Sequence record: NC_031031.1
Length of the DNA stretch: 24,000 nucleotides
Source: Gordonia phage Remus
Reading direction: 5' to 3' (one strand)
The translations under genes and the position numbers were made by a program. The notes beneath the pieces were generated by a model, which saw nothing but the letters and a program-made list of their open reading frames with translations, ran no database searches and was not told the DNA's origin. This document shows positions 23,700 to 24,000 of this stretch, in pieces (within the stretch, counting starts at the first letter, position 1; each line of letters starts with the position of its first letter).

Positions 23700-23937
23700 G
23701 TGCGTGTGGTGTGTGCGTGTGTGACCAGCACAAACGTGGTGCGTGTGTGTGCGTGTACATGCGTGTGTGTATGTGCGTGACCTGCACGTATGCAGTGAGT
23801 GAGTGAGGTTGCGTGTGTGCGTGTGAGGGCGTGCGTGTGAGGTGCCGGGTATGCGTGTGACCTGCAGAGATGCACGCTGTGAGCGTGCGTGTGAGATGCC
23901 CATGCCCATGCCCATAGATGAGCGCGTGGCAGCGCTC
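23700..23937. repeat. GT/GC-rich low-complexity region (many GTGTGTGCG-type words)
   Basis: Direct reading; the only ORFs are low-complexity HTHTHTR-type translations. Confidence 0.85.
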
Positions 23938-23954
23938 TGACCTGCAGTTATGCA
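23778..23954 (+). repeat. TGACCTGCAnnnATGCA repeated three times at exact 80-bp spacing
   Basis: Copies start at 23778, 23858 and 23938; partial variant TGACCAGCACAAACG at 23722. Confidence 0.85.
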
Positions 23955-23959
23955 CCCCA

Positions 23960-23973
23960 GGGGGGATCCCCCC
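23960..23973. repeat. Perfect palindrome GGGGGGATCCCCCC
   Basis: Read directly; 27 bp from the window end. Confidence 0.85.
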
Positions 23974-23990
23974 ATGCCCCCCACCCTGAC

Positions 23991-24000
23991 CGGGTGGTTA
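23991..24000 (+). other. Probable cohesive end (cos) sequence CGGGTGGTTA at the genome right terminus
   Basis: Resembles the 10-nt 3' overhangs of cluster-A mycobacteriophages (recalled CGGTCGGTAA/CGGTCGGTTA type), at the very end of the window. Confidence 0.6.

Noticed and set aside
23632-23984. His/Thr/Arg repeat ORFs (e.g. HTHTHVHAHTR...)
   Set aside because: Translation of GT-rich low-complexity DNA; no RBS or codon-usage support. Treated as noncoding repeat.

Overview
The window looks like the right arm (early/immunity half) of a temperate actinobacteriophage with L5/Bxb1-like, cluster-A-type organisation. Nearly all credible genes are on the minus strand and tightly packed, often with ATGA/TGATG junctions. 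Recognisable products, left to right: N-terminus of a family-A DNA polymerase, HTH protein, ThyX, MazG-like protein, Class II-type ribonucleotide reductase, sigma-like protein, metallophosphoesterase, DUF3310-like protein, NrdH-like redoxin, a primase split over two overlapping frames, a secreted serine hydrolase, endonuclease VII-type HNH, a lipoprotein and several tiny membrane proteins, a tandem DUF6197-like protein, RecA/DnaB-type ATPase, Cas4/RecB-like nuclease, an L5 gp71-like immunity repressor, and many small ORFans. Fourteen asymmetric 13-mers (core GGGGATTGTCAAG), all in one orientation, fit the repressor operator/stoperator system. Four sit in the ~1.1 kb leader region upstream of the leftward operon, each overlapping a TTGACA -35 with a plausible -10. 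The last ~220 bp has GT-rich sequence with a 17-mer (TGACCTGCAnnnATGCA) repeated at exactly 80-bp spacing. It ends in CGGGTGGTTA, which resembles cluster-A cohesive ends, so the window probably ends at the genome end. The best novelty candidates are the right-end regulatory/leader/repeat architecture, a small envelope-directed cassette at 9.9-11.9 kb, and the split primase. I found no clear defence system, CRISPR array or tRNA. All family assignments are from recognition, with no database search.
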